Positions 37,340 to 45,694 of a stretch of DNA of 55,534 nucleotides are shown here, one piece after another (positions within the stretch are counted from its first letter, which is position 1; every line of letters starts with the position of its first letter). The notes under the pieces were generated by a model. The model did no database searches, had not been told where the DNA came from, and was given only the letters and a program-made list of their open reading frames with translations. Both the position numbers and the translations under genes were made by a program. The stretch covers positions 1-55,534 of the forward strand of contig JBJSZF010000296.1 of the NCBI GenBank assembly GCA_046090125.1, read 5' to 3'. This DNA comes from Verrucomicrobiota bacterium. GTDB taxonomy: Bacteria; Verrucomicrobiota; Verrucomicrobiia; Limisphaerales; UBA9464.

Positions 37340-37652
37340 CTTGAGGAAACATCCGGACATGACGCGCCCCTGCATGGGGATTTCACGCGCCGGAACGAAG
37401 GCCGACCGTCAACAAGTGCGCAACAAAGTCAATCCTGCGGACGGGACGCGGCGCGACGGGGGATCGGCGAGCTTCGGGCAACGGACGGGGCGTGAAGCAA
37501 CCCGGAGGGTTGTCAGTAGCGGAGGCGGTGGTGGAGCGAAGCGATACCACCGGAACCCAAATCCCATGAACCCATCGCCCACGGCCCACAGCACATGGGC
37601 CCGCTCACCCGCCGCCCTGGGCTTGCACCGATGCCACCCACGGCATCGTGTC

Positions 37653-37889
37653 ATGAACGACCGCGAGCGCATCGCCATCGACCCGTGCATCCGCAGCGGC
37701 AAGCCCTGCATGCGTGGCACCCGCATCACCGTATTGGACACCTTCAACGACCTCGGGGGCAGCATGACGGTGGACGCGTTGCTCGCCGACTTCCCCGACC
37801 TCACCGCCGCCGACATCCGCGGCTGCTTTGCCTTTGTTGCGGACCGCGACCGCCGGCCGAACGTGCTTCTGCATGAGGTTCCTTTTTGA
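37653..37889 (+). CDS. DUF433 domain protein (antitoxin-like partner of DUF5615)
   Basis: ATG 37653. IAIDPCIRSGKPCMRGTRITVLD...LLADFPDLTAADIRGCFAF matches the DUF433 pattern (idP...GkP.i.GTRi.V...dyP.Lt.edi). Confidence 0.85.
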   Translation: MNDRERIAIDPCIRSGKPCMRGTRITVLDTFNDLGGSMTVDALLADFPDLTAADIRGCFAFVADRDRRPNVLLHEVPF

Positions 37890-38010
37890 CGAGAACCTCT
37901 CGCACAGGCTCCCGGTCCACGCGACGCATCGTCCCTCGCCATGAAGTGGCACACCACGTGGCACTTCGACCGCGCCAGCACGCCACTTGTTGCAGGTATG
38001 GGACCGACCC
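37873..38010 (+). pseudogene. 5' remnant of a DUF5615 (PIN-like toxin) gene, frameshifted and truncated by the IS
   Basis: ATG 37873 overlaps the DUF433 3' end, which is the usual arrangement for this pair. It reads MRFLFDENLSHRLP, the typical DUF5615 start, but stops after 23 codons. Similarity (..HEVAHHV..) continues in another frame. The IS left end follows at 38011. Confidence 0.6.
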
Positions 38011-38019
38011 GAATGGCGC

Positions 38020-38355
38020 TTACTTAACGCCTAAAACTCTCTTGGTCAGCGGCTTGCGACGGCGGACATCCGGCAGGCTCCCGAAGATGCGCAGGCGCGT
38101 CAGTTGCTGCATCCGTCCCAGGATCGCCTCCACCTCCCGCCAGCCTTCGATCGCCTCCCGCATCGCCTCGTACTGCTCCCGCGACAGCGCCACCGACACC
38201 GTCTTGCCCTTCTCCTTCCGAGTCCACTGGTAGCAGGGCCCCCCGGCTCCCGGCCCTCGATCCTGCACATAGCCCGCGCTCATCCACCCGCTCCGGGCAA
38301 GCCGCCCCCTCAGTTCCTCATACTCCCGGCCAATCGCCTCCAAGTCCGCCTTCAT
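38020..38355 (-). CDS. IS-borne small accessory protein (possibly DUF6788-like)
   Basis: Intact 111-aa ORF inside the IS, divergent from the transposase. Its stop lies within the left IR. GPCYQWTRKEKGKTVSVALSREQYEAMREAI is the only block I can loosely relate to small IS helper proteins. Confidence 0.55.
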   Translation of the reverse strand: MKADLEAIGREYEELRGRLARSGWMSAGYVQDRGPGAGGPCYQWTRKEKGKTVSVALSREQYEAMREAIEGWREVEAILGRMQQLTRLRIFGSLPDVRRRKPLTKRVLGVK

Positions 38356-38391
38356 CCAGCCCAGCGTAACCCTCCCCGCCCTCGCGGATCA

Positions 38392-38417
38392 ATAGGGCGG
38401 TAGTACTACCGCCCTAT
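38392..38417. promoter_or_regulatory. Perfect 26-bp palindrome overlapping the transposase start codon
   Basis: ATAGGGCGGTAGT|ACTACCGCCCTAT has 13 + 13 perfectly complementary positions. The final AT are the first two bases of ATG 38416. It sits in the 60-nt divergent region between the two IS genes. Confidence 0.6.
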
Positions 38418-39877
38418 GTTCACGCCCTTCCTCCCCGCCTTCCGACGCTCCCTCGCCGCCCTCGGCCGAGGCCTCCGCTCCCCACGTTCCAACCCCGTCC
38501 CGGAACTCCAGCTCTTCTTCGCCTCCCTCTTCCCGGACGACCTCCTCCAGCAGCGCGACGGCGGCCCCAACAGCCGCAAGCGCCCCTTCACCCTCCAGCG
38601 CACCTTCTGGCTCTTCCTCCTCCAGGCCCTCAACCCCAAGACCTCCCTGCGCGAGGCTTGCCACCACCATCGCAGCCTCCTGGAGCCTTCGTCCCCCACC
38701 CGGGTCGCCGCCACCACCGCGCCCTCTCCATGGCACGGGGACGCTTCCCCGTCACCCTCCTGTACCAGGCCCTCCATCACTCCAAGATGGCCGCCTGCAA
38801 CCGCGCCCCCCGCCTCGATCTCCTCCAGGGCCGCGACGTCCGCATCATCGACGGCACCACCCTGCGCCTGGCCGACACGCCCCGGAACCAGCGCCGCTTT
38901 CCACAACCCTCCACGCAGGCCAAGGGCTGCGGCTTCCCCGCCATGAAGGTGCTCGCGCTCTTCTGCCTGCGCAGCGGCGCCGCCCCCGACGCCGTCACCT
39001 CCAGGCCATCGACGCATGACACCCCGCTGGCCCAGAAGCTCTGGCCCCACCTCCACAAGGGCGACGTCCTGCTCGGGGACCGGGCCTTCGGTGACTTCGT
39101 CACGATGGCGCTGCTGCCGTTGCGGGGCGTGGACGTGGTGGCGCGGCTGCACCAGGGACGCACCCCGGACTTTGGCAAGCCCCACAAGCTCCTGGCTGCC
39201 GACGACGCCATCTTCCTTTGGAAGAAGCCCGTCCAGCGACCGGGCTGGATCAGCGAGGCCCGGTGGCGACAGGTCCCCGAGCAGGCTTCCATACGGGTGA
39301 TCCGCAGCCGCATGGAGCGGCCGGGGTTCCGGACGCAGGAGGTCCTCGTCGCGACCACGCTGCTGGACCCGGAGAAGTACCCGGCGGCGGAGATCGCCGA
39401 GGTTTACCTGCGGCGATGGCGCATCGAGCTGTCGTTCCGGGACATCAAGACGTCGATGGAGCTGGAGCACCTGCGTGCGGAGAGCCCGGAGATCGCGGCC
39501 AAGGAGCTGCTGGCGGGGCTGGTGGCGTACAACCTGGTCCGGGTCACGATGATCGAGGCGGCTTGCCGGCACGGGGCCCCATTGGATCGCCTGAGCTTCA
39601 AGGGGACGGTGGACGGGTTGTGCGGCACTACGGCCCGCGGATGGCGCGTGCCCGGTCCCAGACGGCGCTGCGACGCCTGCGGCGCGGGTTGTTCCACGCT
39701 GTGGCCAAGGATCTGGTGCCCAAGCGCCCGGGGCGACGGGAGCCCCGGGCGATCCAGCGACGGCCCAAGCCGTTCGCCTACCTCACCCAACCGCGGCATC
39801 TGTACCGCGAAATCCCCCACCGAAACCGCTGGAATCCCGGGAAATCCAAAGCGCCCGCCTCACCCAATGCCCCTTAA
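38416..39877 (+). pseudogene. IS4-family DDE transposase, split over three reading frames
   Basis: The N-terminal block (RKRPFTLQRTFWLFLLQALNPKTSLREA) is in the 38416 frame. The catalytic core (VRIIDGTTLRLADTP, GCGFPAMKVLALF, LLGDRAFG, YLRRWRIELSFRDIKT) is in the 38658 frame. The C-terminal block (VPKRPGRREPRAIQRRPKPFAYLTQPRH) is in the 39218 frame. Frame changes fall near 38.66-38.72 kb and 39.61-39.62 kb. Confidence 0.75.
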
Positions 39878-40011
39878 GTAAGCGCCATTCAGATCTGACC
39901 CCGTTTTGCCCCGCTTCCCGTATCCGAGGAGGCGATTGCCGTTCCGCAGGGCGAGCGTTTGGGTTTTGGGTTAGCTGGGCGCACGGGATTTCTCGAATCT
40001 ACCCGCCACGG

Positions 40012-42066
40012 ATGACATCCCGATACCCGAAACGCCGCGAGGGGGAGTGGAGGGCGGCCATGCCCGCTTGGGCCGCCTGTTGCACAGCCGCGCTCGCCCA
40101 TGAGCCGGACGCCATGCAACGCATCGTGATCTCGGGTCGTGCGGACTCGTTGGTTGGCGTTGCGGGGTCGGCCAGCGACGGGTACGTGGGGCGGGACCAC
40201 TTCGAGCAGCGTCCGCTGCTCCGGCCGGGCGAGTTGTTGGAGACGGTGCCGGGGTTGATCGCGACGCAACACAGCGGCAGCGGGAAGGCGAACCAATACT
40301 ACCTGCGCGGGTTTAACCTCGACCACGGGACCGACTTCGCGACGCTCGTGGACGGCGTGCCGGTGAACCTTCCCACCCATGCGCACGGGCAGGGGTACAC
40401 GGACGTCAACTTCCTGATCCCGGAGCTGGTGGAGCGGATCCAGTTCAGCAAGGGGACACATCATGCGGAGCTGGGCGACTTCAGCTCGGCGGGCGCCGCG
40501 CGGCTGACGTATGCGTCCCGGATTCCGGGAACGCTGGTGCATGGGGAGGGCGGCATGTACGGGCACGCACGGGGCCTCGTGGCGGGGAGCCCCGTCGTCG
40601 GGCAGGGCAACCTGCTGTACGCGGCCGAGTACCAGCACGACGATGGCCCTTGGCTCATGGCCTCGGACTTCAACAAGGCCAACCTGCTGCTCCGCTACGG
40701 CCAGGAGGCGGACGACTCCGGGTGGAACGTGACGGCCATGGGCTACCACGGGCAGTGGCGTTCGACAGACCAAATCCCAAGGCGGGCCGTTGAGGACGGG
40801 TCGTTGGACCGGTTTGGCAACGTCGATCCCACGGACGGTGGCGAGTCCACGCGGCTGTCGTTGTCCGGGGCCTGGCATCGGGACACGGATCATGGGCACA
40901 CCGAGGTGCTGGTGTACGGCGTGGCGTCGAGCCTCGGCTTGTATTCCAACTTCACCTACTTCCTTGAAGACCCGGTGCGTGGGGACCAGTTCAGGCAATC
41001 AGACCGCCGCTTCCAAGGGGGGTGGGCGGGGCATCATGCGTGGGCGCACGAGGTGCTGGGAAGGGACGCCTCGACGGAGGTGGGCTTGCAGGTGCGCGGC
41101 GACCGCATGGAGCTGCGGCTCGCGAAGACGCAGGGACGCGCCTTCCTGGACTCGGTGCGGGCGGACGAATTGGGGCAGGTGAACGTGTCGCCCTACGTGA
41201 AGAACGAGGCGCGATGGTCCGACTGGCTGCGAAGCGAGGTGGGGACGCGCTTTGACCAGTATCGATTCGACGTGACGGACCAGTCGAACGGGGATTCGCG
41301 AGGACGCAACGCGGGCATGGCCAGCCCGAAGGGCAGCGTGGTCGTGGGGCCATGGGTTGGGACGGAGTTCAATGTTTCCGGCGGGCTGGGCTTCCACAGC
41401 AACGACGCGCGTGGGGTGACGGCGGGGGCGGACGCCGCAACGCCGTTGGCGCGCACGAGCGGGGCGGAGGTTGGCGTGCGAACGACGGCGGTGCGGGGCC
41501 TGCAAAGCACGCTGGCGTTGTGGTGGCTGGACAGCGAGACGGAGCTGGTCTTCGTGGGGGATGCCGGGACCACGGAGGCGACGCGGCCGGGCCGGAGGCT
41601 CGGCGTGGAATGGGCCAACTACTACAACGTGACGCGGTCGGTAACGCTCGACATGGACCTGGCGTGGACGCACGCGCGGTACCGGGACAAAGCGGCTGAA
41701 GGGAATCGGATCCCGGGCGCGCCCGAGGCGGTGGCGAGCGCGGGGGTTGGCGTGCGGGACATGGCCGGGTTGGGCGGCCTGTTTGGGAGCGTGCGCCTTC
41801 GATACCTTGGGGCGCGTCCATTGGTGGAGGATGATTCGCAGCGCTCTCAGGGAACGGCATTGGCGAGCCTCCAGGTGGGCTACCAGTTCAACGCCCGATG
41901 GCGGCTGGTTGCGGACGTCTTCAACGTCCTGGACCAACGGGCCGACGACATCACGTACTTTTACGCGTCCCGCCTGCCCGGCGAACCGGCCGAGGGCGTG
42001 GAGGATTTTCATTTCCACCCCGTGGAGCCCATCCAGGCGCGCATCGCATTGACCGCGCGGTTTTGA
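40012..42066 (+). CDS. TonB-dependent outer-membrane receptor
   Basis: 684-aa ORF. The plug region reads LLETVPGLIATQHSGSGKANQYYLRGFNLDHGTDFA..VDGVPVN. A long beta-barrel follows, ending in the typical aromatic terminus ...ARIALTARF. The alternative start is ATG 40060. Confidence 0.9.
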   Translation: MTSRYPKRREGEWRAAMPAWAACCTAALAHEPDAMQRIVISGRADSLVGVAGSASDGYVGRDHFEQRPLLRPGELLETVPGLIATQHSGSGKANQYYLRGFNLDHGTDFATLVDGVPVNLPTHAHGQGYTDVNFLIPELVERIQFSKGTHHAELGDFSSAGAARLTYASRIPGTLVHGEGGMYGHARGLVAGSPVVGQGNLLYAAEYQHDDGPWLMASDFNKANLLLRYGQEADDSGWNVTAMGYHGQWRSTDQIPRRAVEDGSLDRFGNVDPTDGGESTRLSLSGAWHRDTDHGHTEVLVYGVASSLGLYSNFTYFLEDPVRGDQFRQSDRRFQGGWAGHHAWAHEVLGRDASTEVGLQVRGDRMELRLAKTQGRAFLDSVRADELGQVNVSPYVKNEARWSDWLRSEVGTRFDQYRFDVTDQSNGDSRGRNAGMASPKGSVVVGPWVGTEFNVSGGLGFHSNDARGVTAGADAATPLARTSGAEVGVRTTAVRGLQSTLALWWLDSETELVFVGDAGTTEATRPGRRLGVEWANYYNVTRSVTLDMDLAWTHARYRDKAAEGNRIPGAPEAVASAGVGVRDMAGLGGLFGSVRLRYLGARPLVEDDSQRSQGTALASLQVGYQFNARWRLVADVFNVLDQRADDITYFYASRLPGEPAEGVEDFHFHPVEPIQARIALTARF

Positions 42067-42429
42067 CGGTGGCGGCCCTGGTCGGCGACCGGCGAGACGC
42101 CGGCGTCGCGCAACGGGATGGCATGGCGCTGGACGACCCGGCCCCATCTTGCGGCGCGAGCCCGCCAGGGATGATTGGTCGCGCAGGCAAGTGCCTGGAA
42201 GCGTCAGGGGGGGGTAAAGGCATGGGATGGTGATCTCTGACTTGTGTGCGGGAACCCAATTCCCGGACGGCCCGCCGACGTTCCCTCCCCTCGAGGCAAG
42301 GCCAACAGCGGCGCGCTGCCTTGGCGTTCGCGACGGGGCCATGCCCAGGAGCGTTGTAGGTTTGGGCCACTTGCCCACCCCGGGTGGAGGTCGTTGACCC
42401 GCAGCAGGGCGATGCCTAGGTCTGCCGGA

Positions 42430-43284
42430 ATGAAACCAAACACTTGCCTCCTCGTTGGCATGCTCGGCCTCCTCACCCATTCCATCGTCCCGTTGACGGC
42501 TGATGGCATCACGCCCGCCCAAGTCCCCGTCATCCTCCGGGAGTTGTGCAGGGCCGTGGACCTCGCCCAGCCCCATTCCGTCGAGTTCCAGGCCCATGTT
42601 GTCCTGAGCCGGTGGCGCCGATGCGTGGTGTCCTGGGAGAAGGGGCAGGTGACATCGACAGTCCAGGAGTTCCGATACTCGTCGGCGGCGGGTGGGAGCG
42701 TCCTGTGGTACGAGGCCAGCAAGGAGCCCGGTGACCGGGCCATTCGCGTGAGCCGCGAGCCCTTCTTCATTGGGTCCTATCAAAACCGCGACTACGTCCA
42801 TTTTAGCAACGCCGGCCCGTTGCGGAATGGCCTCCGCATTCAGGCAAGCTGCGTGTTCCAATCCTGGGCGACGGACGCACGGGTCGTCGGGATCATTCCC
42901 AGCGAGCACTTTCAGCCGCTGGGTCCATGGCATCGCGTCATCGCCTACCAGGCGACGCCGTTGCTTCGCTCGGGAATGACTCCCGTTGAGAATGGCGACG
43001 GGGCCATTGGCCCGGCACAGGATGAGTTTCGCAAGGTTCCCTTCCGCCTCGCAGGCGCCAGCTACTTCACCTTGCCAGGGCAAAACCGTCACTTCGGCGG
43101 CCTGATGCAACTGCTTCAGTTCGATCCCCTCCTGACTCCTCACCCGCTGTTGTTGGGTTGGGTGGGTGGCGTGGATCCGACGGTGGTGACGGTGGCGGAT
43201 CCATCGTTGCACGAACGCCCCTTGCCGCGCGGCTCCCGAGCAGCCGGGCAAGCCGCCGACACGGGGGCGTCGAACCAGGACTAA
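42430..43284 (+). CDS. Hypothetical secreted protein (orphan)
   Basis: ATG 42430 gives the signal MKPNTCLLVGMLGLLTHSIVPLTA within track ORF 42244..43284. No family recognised. The local sequence looks somewhat less GC-rich by eye. Confidence 0.55.
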   Translation: MKPNTCLLVGMLGLLTHSIVPLTADGITPAQVPVILRELCRAVDLAQPHSVEFQAHVVLSRWRRCVVSWEKGQVTSTVQEFRYSSAAGGSVLWYEASKEPGDRAIRVSREPFFIGSYQNRDYVHFSNAGPLRNGLRIQASCVFQSWATDARVVGIIPSEHFQPLGPWHRVIAYQATPLLRSGMTPVENGDGAIGPAQDEFRKVPFRLAGASYFTLPGQNRHFGGLMQLLQFDPLLTPHPLLLGWVGGVDPTVVTVADPSLHERPLPRGSRAAGQAADTGASNQD

Positions 43285-43302
43285 CCCCATCGAAGGACTC
43301 CC

Positions 43303-44160
43303 ATGAAGACGCACGGCAGGCGGTGGCTGGCAGCGGTCGGGATTGCGATGGGTTGCGTCATGCTGGTGGTAGCATGGCGATCCCTTCGTCGGGGTGCGGT
43401 GGGGTTGGGCGAAGGTGGCCATGGAACCGAGGCAAGATGGGCCGCCCGAGATGCGGCCGACGCCAGGGCGCATGGGCCTTCAAACAAGACTCCCTCAAGG
43501 TCCCTGAGCCCAGGCTTGAAGCGCTCGAACACGGACGACGGCATGCGTTCGGGGCGGCTGCGGGAGGAGGATTCGGTGCGGCGAGGATTTGCCGGGGCGC
43601 TGCTGGGCGGGCTGAAGGTCATGACGCGGATCTCGGACGCCCTCGTGGAGGATCCCGCGCGGACGTCCGAGATGTTGGCGGAGTTGCTGCGTGCGGACGG
43701 GGTGCCGGAGGAACGCATCCGGAGCCAGTTGGCGGGCTATCCCGTGGGGTCCGAAACGTTGACAGAGATGGAGTCCCGGGCGGGGCTGAACCCGGAGCTT
43801 CGTCTGGTGCGGGCGGCGATGGAATCGGCGGGAGTGCGTGGGGACGCCGGGACGGATTGCCTGCTGGATGGGCGTCGGCTGGTGGTGGGGCTCGGGGAGT
43901 TGCGGGACTTTGTCGAGGAGATTCAAGAATCGCTTGCGACGGCGTTTGACGGAGCGGACGCCGCAGCGGAGGTGGCGGCATTGGAGCAGGAGTGGACGGC
44001 TTCGGAGGAGGTGTTGACGGACTGGTTCCGCGGGCGGTTCGTGCGCCGACACGGCCTGACGGAGGCCGAGGCGGAGTCCGTGCTGCGGGCGCTGCTGCCG
44101 CTCCGGGCACCCACGGCGACGGTCTCGGACTTGTACGTGCCGATCCGGCCCGGCGGCTGA
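43303..44160 (+). CDS. Hypothetical N-terminally membrane-anchored protein (orphan)
   Basis: ATG 43303. Anchor WLAAVGIAMGCVMLVVAW, followed by an acidic helical region. No family recognised. Confidence 0.55.
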   Translation: MKTHGRRWLAAVGIAMGCVMLVVAWRSLRRGAVGLGEGGHGTEARWAARDAADARAHGPSNKTPSRSLSPGLKRSNTDDGMRSGRLREEDSVRRGFAGALLGGLKVMTRISDALVEDPARTSEMLAELLRADGVPEERIRSQLAGYPVGSETLTEMESRAGLNPELRLVRAAMESAGVRGDAGTDCLLDGRRLVVGLGELRDFVEEIQESLATAFDGADAAAEVAALEQEWTASEEVLTDWFRGRFVRRHGLTEAEAESVLRALLPLRAPTATVSDLYVPIRPGG

Positions 44161-44270
44161 GCCCCGGCGGCGCAAACGGGCCCGGGCACCCGCAAACGGC
44201 GCGCTTCTCGTGTTCACGTGCCAGGGTGGAATTCGGATCGGCGCATTTCCGGGGCCGACGCGTCATGCCT

Positions 44271-44438
44271 AGACCGGATCGATTCAGTTGGATCGGTCGT
44301 GCTTGCTCGATCTGCTTCCGCAACTCCTTCGTCCTTCGCTCGTTACGGGCCTTGTATCGGCCCGCGCCTCGCTCACTCCTCGGCTTGCGGAAGCATCTGG
44401 TTCGCCATCACTTCCCTCCCAACTGAATCGGTCCGGCT
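44271..44438. repeat. 168-bp nested-palindrome element (MITE/BIME-like) of the REP-like family
   Basis: The ends AGACCGGATCGATTCAGTTGG and CCAACTGAATCGGTCCGGCT are inverted copies of each other. An inner perfect inverted repeat pairs GCTTCCGCAA (44314-44323) with TTGCGGAAGC (44385-44394). Bases 44280-44333 are 51/54 identical to 52155-52208. Confidence 0.65.
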
Positions 44439-44634
44439 AGACGTGGGGGACTTCAAGGCTGCTTCCGTTCAGGGCTTGTGAGGTCTGCAGCCTCGCGAGG
44501 CAACCTCCCAAAGGGCCACCCAAGGAAGTCCCTGGTCACCAAGAAGCCAGCAGGACGGGGCTGAGCGGCCTGCGCCCAGGATCGGGAACCACGCGATCGC
44601 TTCCCATCCGTCCTGCCTTGGGTACGACGCCGGC

Positions 44635-44850
44635 ATGAACGAAGCGCTGCGCCAAGACTTGGACGACGAGGCGCGGCGGCGACGCCTGGCCATTGCCCGG
44701 CAGGCCTACCGCGATTTCTTCGCACAGTGCTTCTGGTCGTCCGACCCGAACCGGCGCATCGAGGATGCCGACCTGCCATGGATCATCCGCAACCTGCGCG
44801 AGAACGGCGGGCACCCCGGATACCACGTCGTGGAACAGCTATGCCGATAG
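44635..44850 (+). CDS. Small hypothetical protein, probable upstream partner of the AbiEii-like gene
   Basis: 71-aa ORF. Its stop (44848-44850) overlaps the ATG (44841) of the following NTase-toxin-like reading frame. No family recognised. Confidence 0.5.
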   Translation: MNEALRQDLDDEARRRRLAIARQAYRDFFAQCFWSSDPNRRIEDADLPWIIRNLRENGGHPGYHVVEQLCR

Positions 44851-45634
44851 GCGACTTCGAGCGCGAGGTGCTTCGGGTCCTGGGGCCAACCGGAATCCCG
44901 ACAGCTTCATTGCAGGCCGGACCGTCCTGCATCAGGCGGCCGACTCGCCGCGGCGCTCTGAGGACATCGACGTGTTCCATGATGCGCACGAGGCGCTCCG
45001 GGTGGCGCACGAGGCGGATGTCGCGGCGCTTCGCTAGGCGGGCTTCGCCGTGGAGGGGGTGGGACGGATCCACGACGACTTCCGCCGGGCGCGCGTCAGC
45101 CGGGACGGACGACAAACCAAGCTGGAATGGGCGGTGGACGCCGCGTTTCGGTTCTTTCCCGTGGAGCCTGATCCGGAGCTGGGTTGGCGCCTGAACTTTT
45201 GGGATGGGGCGACGAACAAGGTGCTGGCCTTGGCCGGGCGCCAAAAGCTGCGCGACTTCCTCGATTGCCTGCACCTGCACCGCCGCCACCTGCACCTGGG
45301 TGCCCTCGCATGGGCTGCGGCGGGCAAGGATCCGGGGCTGACGCCCGAGTTCATCCTCGATTGGGCCTTGCGAGGCCACCGTTTCTACCCCGAGGACGTC
45401 GCGGACGTGAGGTTGGAGCAACCCCTCGATCTCGTGGCCGCGAAGCAGGAATGTTTCGAGGCGGTGCAAGCAGCCCGGCAACTCGTTTCCCGCCTGCCCG
45501 CACGCGACCTGGGCTGCCTCTATCTCGACGCCTCGGGACGGCCCGTCTGCCCGGATCCGGATGCACCCGGGTTCGACGCCTTGCGCCGGCACCGCGGCAC
45601 CCTGCGGGGCCCGCTTGCCCGCATGATCGGGTAG
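44841..45634 (+). pseudogene. AbiEii/AbiGii-type nucleotidyltransferase toxin-like gene, with a frameshift and an in-frame stop
   Basis: MPIGDFEREVLRVLG is in the frame of ATG 44841. The similarity then continues in another frame (NRNPDSFIAGRTVLHQAADSPRRSEDIDVFHD). That frame hits TAG at 45035-45037 and resumes in the same frame (EGVGRIHDDF...ATNKVLALAGRQKLRDFLDCLHL). R-x-S-E-D-I-D-x-F and K-x-x-A-L...R-D-x-x-D are AbiEii-type blocks. Confidence 0.6.
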
Positions 45635-45694
45635 GCGACGCCCTCGGTTTGGCGGGCCGGGGCATCGGCTGCGGTTGCCGCGAATCTTGAGCGC

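Larger units (their letters stand above)
38011..39890 (+). mobile_element. IS4-family insertion sequence (1880 bp), transposase decayed
   Basis: Perfect 17-bp terminal inverted repeats GAATGGCGCTTACTTAA (38011-38027) and TTAAGTAAGCGCCATTC (39874-39890). They enclose a small minus-strand ORF and a DDE transposase reading frame. I found no clean flanking target duplication. Confidence 0.8.

Noticed and set aside
34496-37495. 999-aa plus-strand ORF
   Set aside because: It is antisense to the triple-LamG gene, which has a signal peptide and repeated domain signatures. Its Gly/Val/Arg/Ala-rich composition is that of a mirror frame.
38004-39901. Target-site duplication for the IS
   Set aside because: The bases directly flanking the inverted repeats (GACCC on the left, AGATC on the right) do not match. 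The nearest similar heptamers, CCGACCC and CTGACCC, are offset by 4 nt and imperfect, so I make no TSD claim.
40999-43473. 824-aa minus-strand ORF across the TonB receptor and the orphan gene
   Set aside because: It is antisense to a receptor with clear plug and barrel motifs and a C-terminal Phe. It is low-complexity and Arg/Pro-rich.
44273-44340. Possible conserved peptide ...TKELRKQIEQARPIQLNRSG encoded on the minus strand of the repeat, also seen at 52148-52215
   Set aside because: All three nucleotide differences between the two copies are non-synonymous in that frame (E/D, R/Q, I/T). The only in-frame start in the first copy is an internal TTG inside the block, preceded by no ribosome-binding site. 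The same core occurs as a bare hairpin elsewhere. A nucleic-acid-level element is more likely, though a gene-remnant origin is not excluded.
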